Below, piece after piece: positions 26,425-39,301 of a stretch of 64,000 bases of DNA. Within the stretch, counting starts at the first letter, position 1, and each line of letters starts with the position of its first letter. Below the pieces are notes generated by a model that saw only the letters and a program-made list of their open reading frames with translations, searched no databases and was not told the DNA's origin. The stretch is from positions 1 to 64,000 of the forward strand of contig MU053584.1 of the NCBI GenBank assembly GCA_013239625.1, given 5' to 3'. This DNA is from Lama guanicoe (taxonomy: Eukaryota). The position numbers and the translations under genes are program-made.

Positions 26425-28669
26425 GTAAGATTTGGCTTCCTTTTGCTTTCTAGGAAGACTTCAGGCATTCCTATGGCTGTTATAGTTTATTGCATTTGTA
26501 ATGGACAGCAGAGAATGTTCCTGGACCTCTGCTGAAACTTTTGTGCACTTGAACTTTGTGACCAAGTGGACTAACACATGTCTCCTGCTTCTAGACCAGA
26601 GGCATCTTGTAATTATTTCCATCTTGGTGTAGCTAGGTTGTTATTTACTATAAATTATTTTAACTTATTTACAATTTATGTATTTAAAAATTTTCCTCCA
26701 AATGTACTGAATAATAGGTAGGCAACTTAATTTTCATATACTGAAATAATTTGTTCACTGATAACGAAAGCTTACAATATTTTCAATGTGAATTTTCCTA
26801 AAGCCTCATTTTGGACTCAAATTTTCCTAGAATATGTCTGTTTTTTAATCAAATTGAGGCATTTGTACGTTTTCAGAATTCTTTCTTGCCTCTCAATATG
26901 AACAAAACAGACCTTTTAGTTAGCTTTCCCAGGTACTAAGGCCCCCAAATGTACATGGAGTTCAGAATGTTTGTTTTGCTTGAGGAAGGGATAGTTGAGT
27001 TGTATTTCAGCTTGGATTTTGGTTAATTGTAGTCTCCTATTGCTCAGATTAAAAAAAAAAGTTTTACATTGACCTGTGCAGGAAAGGAACGTATAAGGCA
27101 GACTCCCCAAAGAAAGAGCGAAAGAGTAAGTAATATACAGGGGCGGCTGCAGTATTACTGCCTGGCCGTCCACAAATCAGATTTCATGTGAGATGGGGCT
27201 TTTTAATCAGAGAGCAATCTCACAGCGACCCTGGCCTTGTCAGCGGGCACTAAGAACTGCCTACTTCTTCAAATGCTTGGCCCTCCAGGTCCTGTGGCTG
27301 AGATTCGCATTAGACTCCAGTACAGAAGGGAAGGGGCCTGTGACCTGGGGGCACTGTCCTTGCTGCCAGCACCAAATTACACACGGCAGTCAGTGAAAAC
27401 CACTCTGTACCTGATGCTGGTGCGCTCTGGCCCAGGGGAGATTAGGCTGGGTTCTATCACAGACAGTCTGTGTGAAGTGGGGGGGGGTCTTTATTATTTG
27501 ACACCCAGGTGCCCTGTTGGAGTGAGCGTGTGACATTTACAAGGTATCCTTTCAGTAACTAATGAGTTTTCAATATTAATTCTTATAGTATTTTCAAGAA
27601 TAGTAATTGTACATTCCTTTAGTGAGTTAGGAACAAAAAATTAATGTCAGATATTCAAAATGAGGTTTCCTTATATTTTCTTAAATTCACTGGATACATT
27701 TGAGGATCAGGATTGTATTTGCTAAAACTACAAAAACAGATTTCCTGTACAGTATTTATTTACTTGTATAAACACATCCAGCCCTACTGAAGGTGGGGGT
27801 GGGGGTGGTAGACATAAATGGCAGATGGTTTTTTTAATGTGTAGAAAATCATTAGTGCCAATAAAAAGGACCTTCGCAGCATAACAGCCTGTCGAAGTAG
27901 CCAGTATGGAAACACTCTTGGTGTGCAGTATAACAAATGGAGCAGCGATTTTGAAATCAGCTGCAGATCTTGTTTTCAGTCATTGTATACCTAAAATTAA
28001 TGTCATACACGTCAGATGGCCAAGACTTGATTAATGTCTTTTTTTCAGAGGAAGAAATTCTAAAGGAAGAAGTACACGGAGTTTAAATGTATTGTTTTTG
28101 TAATAAGGCAGTTTCCGTTTTAATTAAAGGCAGCCGTGTATGTGAACATCAGTATGAACGGATCAGTCACAGGCCCTTTATTTTCAGTAGTTTTTTAAAA
28201 AATGTATCCTTGGTTTATGACAGCCATTAGATCTAAAACCTGAAATAGCCACTATATCCTGTAACTCCTAATGTCTCCTCCCTTTTTAATTAACTAAAGC
28301 CATATATCTTATGAACAACTTTTAAGAAAAAAAAGCCATTATATTTCTTCTGCCAGTAAGGAAGGAAGCCCTTTCCTAGAAGAGGAAGCAAACTTTAAAA
28401 AGAAGAGAATTGCTTGGGTAGGTTTTGTCTCTCTCTGCAGTAGGTTTAGCTTGGAGCAACTCACAGTACAGTTCAGTGTGCTGGAAGTGTTACTGATTAT
28501 AAGTGACAGAAACCACCTCAAATTGCTGTTAAGAAAAAAGAGCAAATCACAGGCCTAAGTAACTGCAGAAGTGCCGTCATGTGTGTTAGTGCACTAGGTG
28601 AGGGTATGTGTCTGCTGCAGTCCTGTTAATGAAGCATCCTCAGTATCCATTAATATTGGTTCAGTTCAG

Positions 28670-28875
28670 AGAAGGAGCGCAATGTTAAGAGTAGGTGCTC
28701 ATGTCAGACCAGCTGTGTGAACTTGGACCAGGTTACTTAACCTTTGAACCTCAGCTTCCTGGTCTGAGAAATGGGGATAATGGTGGAATTATAATAGTGT
28801 TTTAAGTGAGCTTTTTAAAAGGCTTGTTGACAGTAACACCTGGCACTCCAACTGTAAACTGATACCTCCATCAGT
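28670..28875 (+). mobile_element. MIR SINE
   Basis: gttaagag...cagctgtgtgaacttggaccaggttacttaacct...cctcagcttcct...aaatggggataat. Confidence 0.75.
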
Positions 28876-29353
28876 AATTACTAAATATGTATTAAATTTG
28901 TTTACCCCCGCCCCAAATCTGACCATCTCAAAAATCTAAAACCACCTTTGATGGAAGTTGTGGTTCAGAGTAAAGTGAGAGAGCTGCCTGAGTAATAGGA
29001 GGCTTTGCAAAGGCTGCAGTGTACAGCCCCCTCTTTCCTGAGGGTACGCTTGGGAAGAAAGGGGCCCGCCTGCCCTGAGAACAGGCATGTGCGTGATCTG
29101 CTTGTTAGTAACGGCAAGCGTTCAGTGTTGCTCGTGGAGAAAGTGGTGAGACTGAAAGAGGGCTGGGGGAAGGCCAGTCAGTGGCTTAAACCTTTTATTT
29201 CGTATACATCTATTAGAGCTTTGAAAGTTTTGTATTTTTAAAATTTAAATGAGTATATATGATGTATATGTCCCCCCAAAGGGAGTCACCTGTAGGAGCT
29301 CTTAGACACATTTAGGTTTTTTACTGAGTTTCCTGTGTGTTGATTTTCTTTAG

Positions 29354-29495
29354 AAATGGAGCATCTACAGTCATCACGGCAATATTCGGAGGCATTCTCC
29401 AAAATGAAGTTAACTGCCTCATATGTGGGACAGAATCTAGAAACTTTGATCCATTCCTATTTTACATCTGGATGCATGATAGTGTATTAAAATAA
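29354..29495 (+). CDS. USP3: USP3-like exon 10 with no splice donor; reads through to TAA at 29493-29495
   Basis: tttag|AAATGGA...; NGASTVITAIFGGILQNEVNCLICGTESRNFDPFL, then TTTTACATC where G|GT is expected (29460/29461). Read-through adds FYIWMHDSVLK*. Confidence 0.88.
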
Positions 29496-29624
29496 TAACT
29501 GTAATGTTTCCTTTGAAAATGAAGGCAGTAAAGAGATAAATGTTAAAAAATAATTTCAAAAACTGATGTATTTTGAGTGTAGTTATAAGCTTTTAACAGT
29601 CCTCTACTTTCCTTTCTTTTTAAG

Positions 29625-29705
29625 ACCTTTCATTAGATATTCCAAGTCAGTTCAGAAGTAAGCGCTCCAAGAATCAAAAAAATGGACCAGTTTGTTCGTT
29701 ACGAG
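29625..29705 (+). pseudogene. USP3: USP3-like exon 11, 81 nt, phase 1-1; last USP3 exon found
   Basis: ttaag|ACCTTTC...ACGAG|gtaaag; (D)LSLDIPSQFRSKRSKNQKNGPVCSLR. Confidence 0.9.
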
Positions 29706-30496
29706 GTAAAGATACTTTAACGGTCTAGAATTCGTTTCCCCCCTTGAGTAGCTGGACAGATTTCTAAGCTCCATCCACATGTGCTGTGTTGTTAACTGCT
29801 CTGATGAATTTGTGTTATAACTTAACAAAAGTGAAACTTGAATGTCACTTTCTAGCAAAAAAAATTCGGTTTCGCAAGAATGCCTGCCAGAGATTTTAGG
29901 TCAAACTAAACATTTCTCACCTTTCTCCTCTTTTTAGATACTAATTTTAAACTTGAAAGTCTATAGTAAAACTTTTTCTGATCTAATGAAACAATTTATT
30001 CTCTGGATATTCCACTAGAAGCCAAGAGAAAGAAAGAATACTTCTGTGACATTTAATCTGTTGTATGACTAATAATTTGAGAACTCTAGTGATGATACAG
30101 CTGTTGGTTAAGCCTGAGGCCTTGCTTTTAATTGCAAGATTATTAAAATTCACATTTACGTTGAGATACTTTGAAACAAACGTTTTCCCTTGATGAGTAT
30201 TAACTGCTTAGTCAAGGCAAAAGACCTGCCCGTGACCAACCACTAACATGACTATGTTTTCTCTTCATTCATAAAAAGAAACTAGGATAGAAAAAAGATA
30301 GAGTATCTAGTGTGCATTCTCATTAAGCACCTCTGCACTAAAGGCAGATAACAGAATTCCTACCTTGAATTGCTTGTCCACTGTAAGTAATTTTCTTTTC
30401 CTCTTCAACTGTTTTAGGGAGTTTTGTCATAATGATTAATAAACATATAATATAATATTTTCTTAGAAAATAGAAGATTCTATTGATCTATAACTA

Positions 30497-30680
30497 CACT
30501 GTCCAGTATGGCAACTGTGAGTCACAGATGCCTATTAAAATTTAAAATTGGGTTGCTCAGTTACACTAGCCACATTTAGAGTGCTCAGTAACCACGTGCG
30601 GCTAGTGGCTGTTCTACCGATCAGCACAGACGCAGAACGTTTCTGTTTCTGCACAAAGTTCTATTGGACAGTGCTGCTCT
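30497..30680. mobile_element. MER3-like hAT-Charlie element
   Basis: Inverted termini cactgtccagta ... tattggacagtgctg; internal cactagccacattt...gtgctcagta. Confidence 0.75.
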
Positions 30681-31989
30681 GGAATCAAGTTACCCTTCAA
30701 AATGTACCTGAATACACTTTGTAGATGCTTTTAGTGTGTTCCCCACCTATCCAACAGTGTTGATTGTCTCTTTTGAGCAGAAGTACAGAAGAAATTTAAG
30801 GAAGCCCCCATCCACTCCTCTTCCTCCTAAAATAGTGGCTACAGTATGTGTCTCCAAAGCTCTTCTTTGGCCTATTTGAGATTAAGAAAATAGCACAGTG
30901 TACTTGATAGCAAATGTCACCACTTTCCCTTTATATTTATGGCACATGAATATAGGCTAACTGAATCATAAAACACACATTTGGTCATTGAGAGGGGAAA
31001 TCCGTGAAAAGTAAGTATTTTCAGCAATTAGCTTCCCACTATATAGTCTAAATTAAATTATGACTTCATCTGATAATTTTGGTAAGAACAGTAATACTGA
31101 TGTTACTACAAAAAATAATGTCCCTTTATATATAAATACAATAACATATATATTCTATATATGCATGTATTTGAAAACTATTTCCTCATGTTTAACAAAA
31201 TCCAGTTAGTCCAGATGGGTTTTGGTTGGAAGACCCAGAGACACTCACTTGTTCAGGATTCTTTCCTTCCTTCCTTCTGTGCTGAGTCCCCCACCCCCAT
31301 CCCAGGTTGGTCCTATACATGGTTCTTACTGCCTTCCGTAGCATTTCACTTATGCTTATCCCTGAGTGCTCTCATGGGAGACTTTCCTTTCTTGAGGCCA
31401 CCAAGGAGCATGTCTGACAGCTTCCCGAGGTGGCTGACTGGGGCTACATACAGGACAGTGGCAGATGGCATTCGCCTCACATCCCAAGTAGTGTTCTTCT
31501 TGGCATCTGATGTGACTGGTATTCGTGTCAGGAGGCCCAGACCACCCTGAGGTGTTTAGGTTTGGCTGGAAACGCGTCTCCTGTATCTCAGCTGGCTTTC
31601 CTGTGGACTGTCGGATTTGATTTTTATTTTGTTGAAGAGCTTACTGTCCGCTTTAAAAAGTGTATGATAGGGTCTGGTAGTGCTGCATTCTCTTTTTGTT
31701 TACCACTAATATCAGTTAAGAGCTCTGATTTTTTCTTGGACAATGCAGAGTGTGATGAATTAGAGTTGACTGATGCCCATTTCTTTACTAAATGGGGATG
31801 GAGATGTGTGATTACCTGATAAGTATTTTGCTTTTACATGCTTATAAGTCTGCTTGGCAAGAATTTCTTGTGTGCTTTTTGGATCTGTAATTGTTAAAGT
31901 TAGCTTTCATTTAAAAAGGAAAAGTAATGGTGAGAAAGACCACTGGCATCTGAAATTATTTAACTTTGAAAGGATGCGTAGTAAGACAG

Positions 31990-33900
31990 GTTAAAATAAC
32001 CCCAGGTCTAAAAACCTAACTGATATCATCAAAAAGGAAAGAGAATGTCGCTTATTCTTACTAATACTATATAAATCAAAGAATCCTAGGTAAAATGCTA
32101 GCAAATAGAATTTAGTGCTGTACTAAAGCAATGGAAACCAGGGAGGATGTATTCCAATAATGCAAGACTGATTTAATCAGTAATGGATTTGGAATTTTAT
32201 CAAAATCTACATTTGGGCATTTTAATTTTTTTCTCCCCAAAAATCATACTTTCTAATATTAGAAGAAAAAACGTGCTGTTATTATAGAAATAGACATGGA
32301 TTATCCATGTCATAACTACTAGTGGTGCACTAATGACTTTCCATTACAGTCAGGAATCTGAGTGAGGGACGAGGCACTAGATGACGAAAAGAACCAAGAA
32401 TAAATACTGAAGAGGAAAGACCAAGGTATCGACACACCTAGAACGTTTCAGGAGGATCAGCTGGAAGTGGGGAGGAATGTGTCACAGTAGCTGTCTCTGG
32501 AGAGCAGGACTGAGCAGGAAGTCTGCCTTTCCAGCCTTCAATTAAAAATTAAATACAGATACTAATTTGATAAATAAGTTGTTAACATGGAGCTAAAACG
32601 TTTAGTCAGCTGGCCAAATAGAAAATTAATAGGCAAAACAATTGCTTTCCTGTATATAGCAAAGGATCCTATTCGCAGTTGCAGTGAAAGCTCAGAGTAC
32701 TGAAGAATACAGTTAATGAGAACTATGCAAGACCCCGATGAACAAATTATAAAGCGTTACAGGACAGACAGAGCCATGGCATGTTCTTGGGTGAGAAGAC
32801 CCAACATGACAGAGATGTCAGTTTTCCCCAAAATTACTCCCTAAACTTATTCTAATTACTTAAGCATTTCTTCCATACACAGATATTGTTAAGAGAGACT
32901 AAAACAGTTTTAAACATAATGGAGCAGGGCAGAGATGAAGCAAGTCATGGCCTAGAAGTACTAAAGCAGCAGGTGCTGGGCAGGAATGTGTAGGTCGGGA
33001 TGTGTTATATGGCAAAGGAAGAATTTCAAATCAGTGGAGGAAAGAAGAAAGTAGTCAATAAATGGTATTACTGTAAATGACAATTTATGTGGGAAACATG
33101 AATTTCATCCCTAACTCATATCTTCCCAAAGTAATGAGAGGTTTCAGGATTTAGTGTGAAAAATAAAACCACAGGGACATTATAGGAAAACATCTTTTTC
33201 GATCTTGTTGTCGGAGGGAGATCCTTCCAAGTATATCACCAAGGCCAGAAATGCATAGATTTAACTGCATAATGGTAAACGATGCCGTAAACAAAAGTAG
33301 AAAAAGATGACAAACTTGAAACAAATATTTGTAATGTATATATGAAAAAAAGTAGTTGGGCAAATACATGAATAAGGAGGAGAAATGCACGTGGTCAATT
33401 TACATCTGAAGAAAATACTGAGTCTCACTTATTCAAGAAAATGTAAGTGAAGCAAAATTGGTCAAAACGATGTAGATGAATCCATTGTCAGTGACGGTTC
33501 TGGGAAGTGGGCGCGCTCATACTGATGGAAGGAGTATGAGTTGGCACAGTTGTTTTCAGAGGGTGGTGATCACCATTTTTAACAGGTGTTTTTTTAGGCA
33601 TAGTCGTTTCCCTTGTGAATGTGGACAGTAACGTATGTAAAAGATATTCATGGAAACAGTGTCCACCAGTAGGGCCCTGGTTTAGTATCTTGTGGAATTT
33701 AAGAAAGATAAAACTGATCAACAGCTAGGCCACAGAAAGGTAGGTATAAAATACTGTAGAGTAAAAAACACTATCCATGGAATATGAATAGGATTACTCC
33801 ATGAATTCTACCATTTGTATAAGGGTGGAAAAAATATGTGCATTAAAATTCTTCAGCAGTGTACGCCTTCTGCTCACAGTGATGACCTCAGCGGGGAGTA
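31990..33900 (+). mobile_element. Old, fragmented L1 (L1ME-like) ORF2/3' remnant
   Basis: Decayed ORF2 phrases (aaaatgctagcaaatagaat; catgttcttgggtgagaagacccaacat; ttcaaatcagtggaggaaaga...tagtcaataaatggta). Confidence 0.65.
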
Positions 33901-35822
33901 GGAGAGCAGTGGACCTGGGGCTATCTTTTCATCTCTTTCATATTCGAGGTTTTGTTTTTTTTTTTGACGTATTGTATCACCTTTTTATATTTGTTTTGGG
34001 GGAATGAAACAAGATGTGGATTGTGTATGAATACTTTTCACTTACTGCTTTGTTAAATTTATGTAGTGCATAAACTCATCTAGCAGCTTCAACAAACCAG
34101 TGTTACTCCCTGTCCTCCACAGGGATGCTGTTTAACCGTTCATATACTGTGGGAGACTGACGCTTGTAAAATGTATGTCCTGAAACCTTGAACAATGTTA
34201 GGTGTTTCAAAAACCATGGTGCATAAATATATTTTATTCCCTCATGAAGCACAGTAAAGTACTAATGAAAAGATCAAGCAGTTTCCTCAGATCCTTCATG
34301 AGAGACGTGAAGGTACATAGAGAAAAAAGCTGGGCTGAGATGTGGGTGCTGGGTGCCTAGGGGACTGTCCCCTGGCCACGGGACTCACTTCTACCTATGA
34401 GCTCTGAGGTGAGATTCATATTCATGAAGCTGCAAAATATTGAAGTAATGCATTTCAGGGCCATTCAGACTTTTTGGATAGTGAAAACGGCAGTTGCCGA
34501 AGCTGTGAGTGTTGAGGAGGTGTTGTATCTAGGCAGTCTTCCTTTTAAAGAGGTGTTTGTGTGTGTATGTTTTGATCAAGGAAGGAAAAATGTTTTTATG
34601 TGTATTCTAGAACTTAGGGACAATTTAAAAGAGCACAAAGGAAAATAAACATCCTTTATAAGCCTACTGTACAGAAATAACCACAGTTAAGGATATTTTA
34701 ATTTAAAAACCAGCTGTGGGTAGGCACCATCTCCTCCCACCAATAAGCCCCTAGTCAAGGCCTGTGGAAGCAGATCTCTGTTCTGGGCATAGGTAAGGGG
34801 GAAAAAGCTGCCTCTTCCTCCCCCTCCTCCCCCTCCTCCTCCCCCTCCTCCCTGGATTAGCTAAGAGAGTTGTAGTTTTATTTAGTCAGAACTTTGAATG
34901 TGGATGAAAACGTCTTTTATCTGTTTGAAAATTTTTTTTTAATACACACTGTGTACTAGTTGCATCCATTTAGTTTCCCAGGCAGTAAAATTGCTTGATA
35001 ATTTGGTACAATTAAGATTAGGATACACTAAGAATGGAAATGCTTTTTCCCAGCTTTGGCTTACAAAGAAAGTAGAATGGATTTATTTGAGAATGAAAGG
35101 CATGCTCATGAAGTCATTGGATCAGTTCTCCTATAATGATTATTTGGGACATCTTTCTAATGGTCTTACTGAACTGAATATTTCTATTTTCATTAATATT
35201 TACTCCAGATATATTTCTGCATTAGTCATCTCACCTATACTGGTTTCCACAGGGAAAACAATCACAGGCAGTAGAATCTTACCAAGTTTTAGAAAATTTG
35301 GTGGTTCTTCCTCTGTTTTGGATGAGAAAATGGTCAGCTACTTTTATCGCTGAATTAGATCTTGTCAGGGAACTAGATGTGAGTAAGAAACCAGTTCTGT
35401 CCGCACGGAGCATAACTTGCAGTTAAGGAGATAAGACATGAATATAGATAATCAAAATGACAATGAGGGCAGTGAACTTGGGTGGTGCCAAGTGATAGAG
35501 GCGGTGGAACTGTCAGGACCCCAGTCATTTATTGATACACGTACCAGGTTAAAGAGAAGGAGAAAGTATTCAAGGATGATTCAGAGGTTTTGAGCTCTAG
35601 GTGACTGATAAACTTGGGGTGCCAACCGGAAGAAAGGGAGCAAGTTTTAATGAGAATGAGCTCAGGGTTGAGTCTTCTGAGGCTGAGGAGCCCTTTGACC
35701 GTCCATTCAGAGAGGACTTCTGGGACTGGGCCTCTAAACTGACTTACTGTGACTACTTAGTATGTGAAAGAATATGTTTATAAGCTTGAAATATGGAGAG
35801 GAAAGTCATTTCAACTTAATTT

Positions 35823-35981
35823 ATTTTTTATTTTTCTAAAGTATGACTTAAAAAAATTTGTCTTTTCATGAGGCAAGGTAATTAGGTTTATTTACTTATT
35901 TTAATGGAGGTACTGGGGCTGGAACCCAGGACTTTGTGAATGCTAAGCACACGCTTTATCACTGAGCTATACCCGCCCCTC
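35823..35981 (-). mobile_element. tRNA-derived SINE, camelid vic-1 type
   Basis: ggtaattaggtttattta...aatggaggtactgggg...gaacccagg...cactgagctatacc. Imperfect target-site duplication tttcaac(t/c)taattta on both sides. Confidence 0.85.
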
Positions 35982-38311
35982 TTTTCAACCTAATTTAAAT
36001 GTCATCACCTTACTTAACAGTGGAGAAAGCGTATGCACTTTATTTCCACGAGTAGGTGACTTGCAAGCACCTCCTAACCTATCATTTCTGAGCAAATGCA
36101 TTGTCCTTTGAGAGTGAGCTGGCACCTCCTTCTGACAGCGTGAGTAGATACAAGGTGGAATTCCACCCAGTTTCTGGAGGGGAATGGCAAGCAGTGAGTA
36201 GACACCTCCTGCAGCACCCTCCTCCTGGTCGAGAGCTCGGGGCCTCCTTGTCAGGGCTCTGAGCACAGTGCTGGGCGAGGAGCAAGAGGCATGGAGACGG
36301 GGCTGAACTGAGTCTAGGGTGCTTTCCATTTCTTGGTAAGCAGGCACTTCTGTTTGGGCTTAATTAGAAGGAAAGGACTTGACTTAAATTCTTACAGTTT
36401 CTAAGAGTTGCAGAATAGCAATACAATTTTTAATTTAAATTTTCTTAGAGGATGCTTAATTTATCCATGAGTTTATGCAAGATCATAGAGGAGGAAGGGA
36501 ACATGGAAGATGATCTAGTTTTGCCCACACATTTTACAGATAAGCAGCAGCTGGGAGAATAAATTGTGTGAATTGTCCAAGATCTCACTGTAGTCTGATG
36601 GTTTCCAAAAACAAATGACAAGAGCCTCATTAAAATCTGATTTCAAAGCTCGTTGCAGAACTACTGCAGTGCAATTGTAGTAGAAAACATGGAAGCGATA
36701 ACATAAGTTGTTTTTATTGTTTAACTTTCCCCCTAGTTTTACGTGAGCCGATTGGAAAGTAGCGCAGTCCTGAAAGACCTGAAGCCCGACACCGAGTGCG
36801 TTGTTGACATGTCTTCAGTGGTAGAGGATGAAGGACACAGAAAAACCTGTAAGTCCATTTTTTAAAAAAAGATCTTCTTGTTTTATTTTTTAAGATAAAG
36901 AGGTGAAAGTCCATGTGGGATTTTTGTCAGCCTTCCGAAGCATTCCTTTATTCAGTATCCATTCAGCGCACAGTTACTGAGTGCGCTGCTCGTGCTCGAT
37001 AAACACCGTGTGGTTTTCTGCTTGCGCTGACTGGTCCTGCCGTCACGGGGCCCCAGGGGTGGAATGGGTAGTCATGGCCACAGATACCTCATGGGGAAAA
37101 GTACCCTTCTCAGTTACACACTTTTTTTCTTCACGTTTTTAGAATTACTTACAATTTATTAATGAAATCAGAGCTGTCAACACCCAAAATCTCATTTGCT
37201 TAGGCACCTAAACTATATGGCTTTTACTCTAACCATGACCTATCTACAAGTAGTTCTCCACTTCTTAAGGGAAGAGACCGTGTGGGGAGTGGGTCTAGGA
37301 TTTTCTGGAAGAGCAGCTGTGCAGGAATGACTGGGTTCAGTGCTGCATGTGGCCAGATCTTCATGCTGGCAGTGAGATCTCCCCTTTTTCTCCCCTGCCT
37401 TTTGGACTCTGGCCTTTGCTAGAGAAGCTCTGATGGCTTTGGCTTTGAGTAGAGCTTTTGGGCAAGATGTTCCTCACTCCTCTTCCCGGTAGGGTGTCTG
37501 AAGCCATATGAAAATACCCTTTCCTCCTCCCATCTTCTTGGCTGGTCTCTGGGAAGGAGGGAGGTTGCTCGTAAGAGGAAGGAGTGGGCGTAACTCTTTC
37601 CAAGGCAAGAATTGACCCTACTCACTGCCCGGTCTCTTAGGTCCTTATCCCTTCTCTCATTTCCTTTCATGTTAGACCAGCAGAGGTGGGAAGTAATGTA
37701 TTTCATAATGGGCAGGATTAATCTGATAGTTCCTTAAAACCTTAAACTTAATCTTTGGACAAAAAATAAAAAGCTGTGTGGGTGCTACATGAAGAGGAGA
37801 CTGTAAACCTTTTACTCTGCCTCATGGGCTGATCTACAAAAAGCCCATCGTCCCCTAGGTTTCACTTACTAGTATATGGCACGCTTGTTTAAAATTTTTA
37901 AAAAAGAAGGATGAAATGAAATACTGTGTTGGTTTTTTATGTATGAAATTCTCTGATTGAAGAACAAAAATCAACTTAAAGATGTTCCAGAAAAACAGAT
38001 CAAAATCTCAGGAGGTTGGTCTGTTCTGGCTGCCATATGGACTCACTGGAATGGCGTTTTAAGTTTAAACTTCTTTTCTCTGTGAAATAGTTATAACATG
38101 AAGTCCCTGGGTATGAGGTGGAGATAAACAATGAGCCTGAGGAGCTTTTTTTTTTGGAAAGGAAAGAATTGTATTAACTCCCACTGATTTCTCACAGCAA
38201 TCCCTTCTCTATTTAGTACGTACAGATATCAATGATTAAGTGGGAGACAGCAATTGAAAAATGAGCAGAGTAAGAGGAATTAGACTGATGTCTGCTTTTA
38301 CATTCCTACAG

Positions 38312-38454
38312 TGCCAGTCCCTGTAGTCTGCCTCAATCTTTATGATGTTGGCTCTACCACCAGGCAGGTCCAGTGGCAGCCAGTGGGAGGGGCTGCTGGA
38401 TACACCTTGTTATACGAACCCATTAATGCCATAGAACCGACCAAACCCAAAGAG
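38312..38454 (+). pseudogene. COL12A1: COL12A1-like FN3 exon A (N-terminal half), 143 nt, phase 1-0, open
   Basis: tacag|TGCCAG...AAAGAG|gtggga; [47 protein letters not shown], versus recalled [47 protein letters not shown]. Confidence 0.9.
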
Positions 38455-38669
38455 GTGGGAGATGTTTGTTTTCTTTATCTTTGGGTCTTCCTAAGACCTC
38501 ACTGTTTTAGAGTCTCCATGAAACAGCAGTGACTTACGAACTCATTTATATATCTTTACATGTGAAATAGAAAAACAGGTTAGATTTGTGGCCCATGACA
38601 CATCTTAGGAAACACTAGCATGAGAAAGGAAAAGCAGTTCAGAGAAATGAAAAATAAAAGTTGTCTCAT

Positions 38670-39105
38670 GTGCATGTTTATGGACAGATGAATGGATAAA
38701 GAAGTGGAATATTCATCTTTATCCATACACAAACACACAATGGAATATTACTCAGCCATAAAAAAGAATGAAACAATGCCATTTGCAGCAACATGGAAGG
38801 ACCTACATACAGATTGTCACACTAAGTGAACTATGTCAGACAGAGAAAGATAAATATTGTATGATATCTCTTACATATGGAATCTAAAAAAATGATACAA
38901 ATGAACTTACAAAACAGAAACACACTCACAGGTACAGAAAACAAGCTTACAGTTACCAAATAGGAAAGAGGGGAGGGAAGAATGAGGAGTTTGGGATTAG
39001 CAGATACACACTACTATATATAAAAGAGATAAAACAACAAAGACCTACTGTGTACACGGGAAGTGTAATCAATATCTTTTGATAAAGTATAATGGAAAAG
39101 AAAAC
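38670..39105 (+). mobile_element. L1 3' end fragment between COL12A1-like exons A and B
   Basis: gacagatgaatggataaagaag...ggaatattactcagccataaaaaagaatgaaa...gccatttgcagcaacatgga. Confidence 0.85.
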
Positions 39106-39171
39106 AAAATCTAGTGGTTACAAGTTAGTGTAATTTGAGCATCTCACTCCCTTCGGCATGTCCATCTGCAG

Positions 39172-39301
39172 ATGCGAGTGGGGCTGACAGTGAGCGGCAT
39201 GCTGCTGAGGGGGCTCTTTGCCAACACCGAGTACACGGTCATGGTCCAGGCCATCGTGTGTGACCTCGCCAGCGAACCTGTCAGCACAAGGGAGGTCACC
39301 T
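39172..39301 (+). pseudogene. COL12A1: COL12A1-like FN3 exon B (C-terminal half), 130 nt, phase 0-1, open
   Basis: tgcag|ATGCGA...CACCT|gtaaga; MRVGLTVSGMLLRGLFANTEYTVMVQAIVCDLASEPVSTREVT, versus recalled [43 protein letters not shown]. Confidence 0.88.

Larger units (their letters stand above)
2354..29705 (+). pseudogene. USP3: Unprocessed, 3'-truncated paralogue of ubiquitin carboxyl-terminal hydrolase 3 (exons 3-11)
   Basis: Nine collinear exons translate to USP3 peptides, from the ZnF-UBP C-terminal half through the Cys box and QQDAHEF box. The exon-10 donor is missing, exons 12-15 are not seen, and several normally conserved residues differ. Confidence 0.8.

Noticed and set aside
2354..29705. 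That this is the ordinary functional USP3 gene
   Set aside because: The ZnF histidines are lost, the exon-10 donor is missing, exons 12-15 are not found, and COL12A1 exons follow. Only assembly error would rescue this reading.
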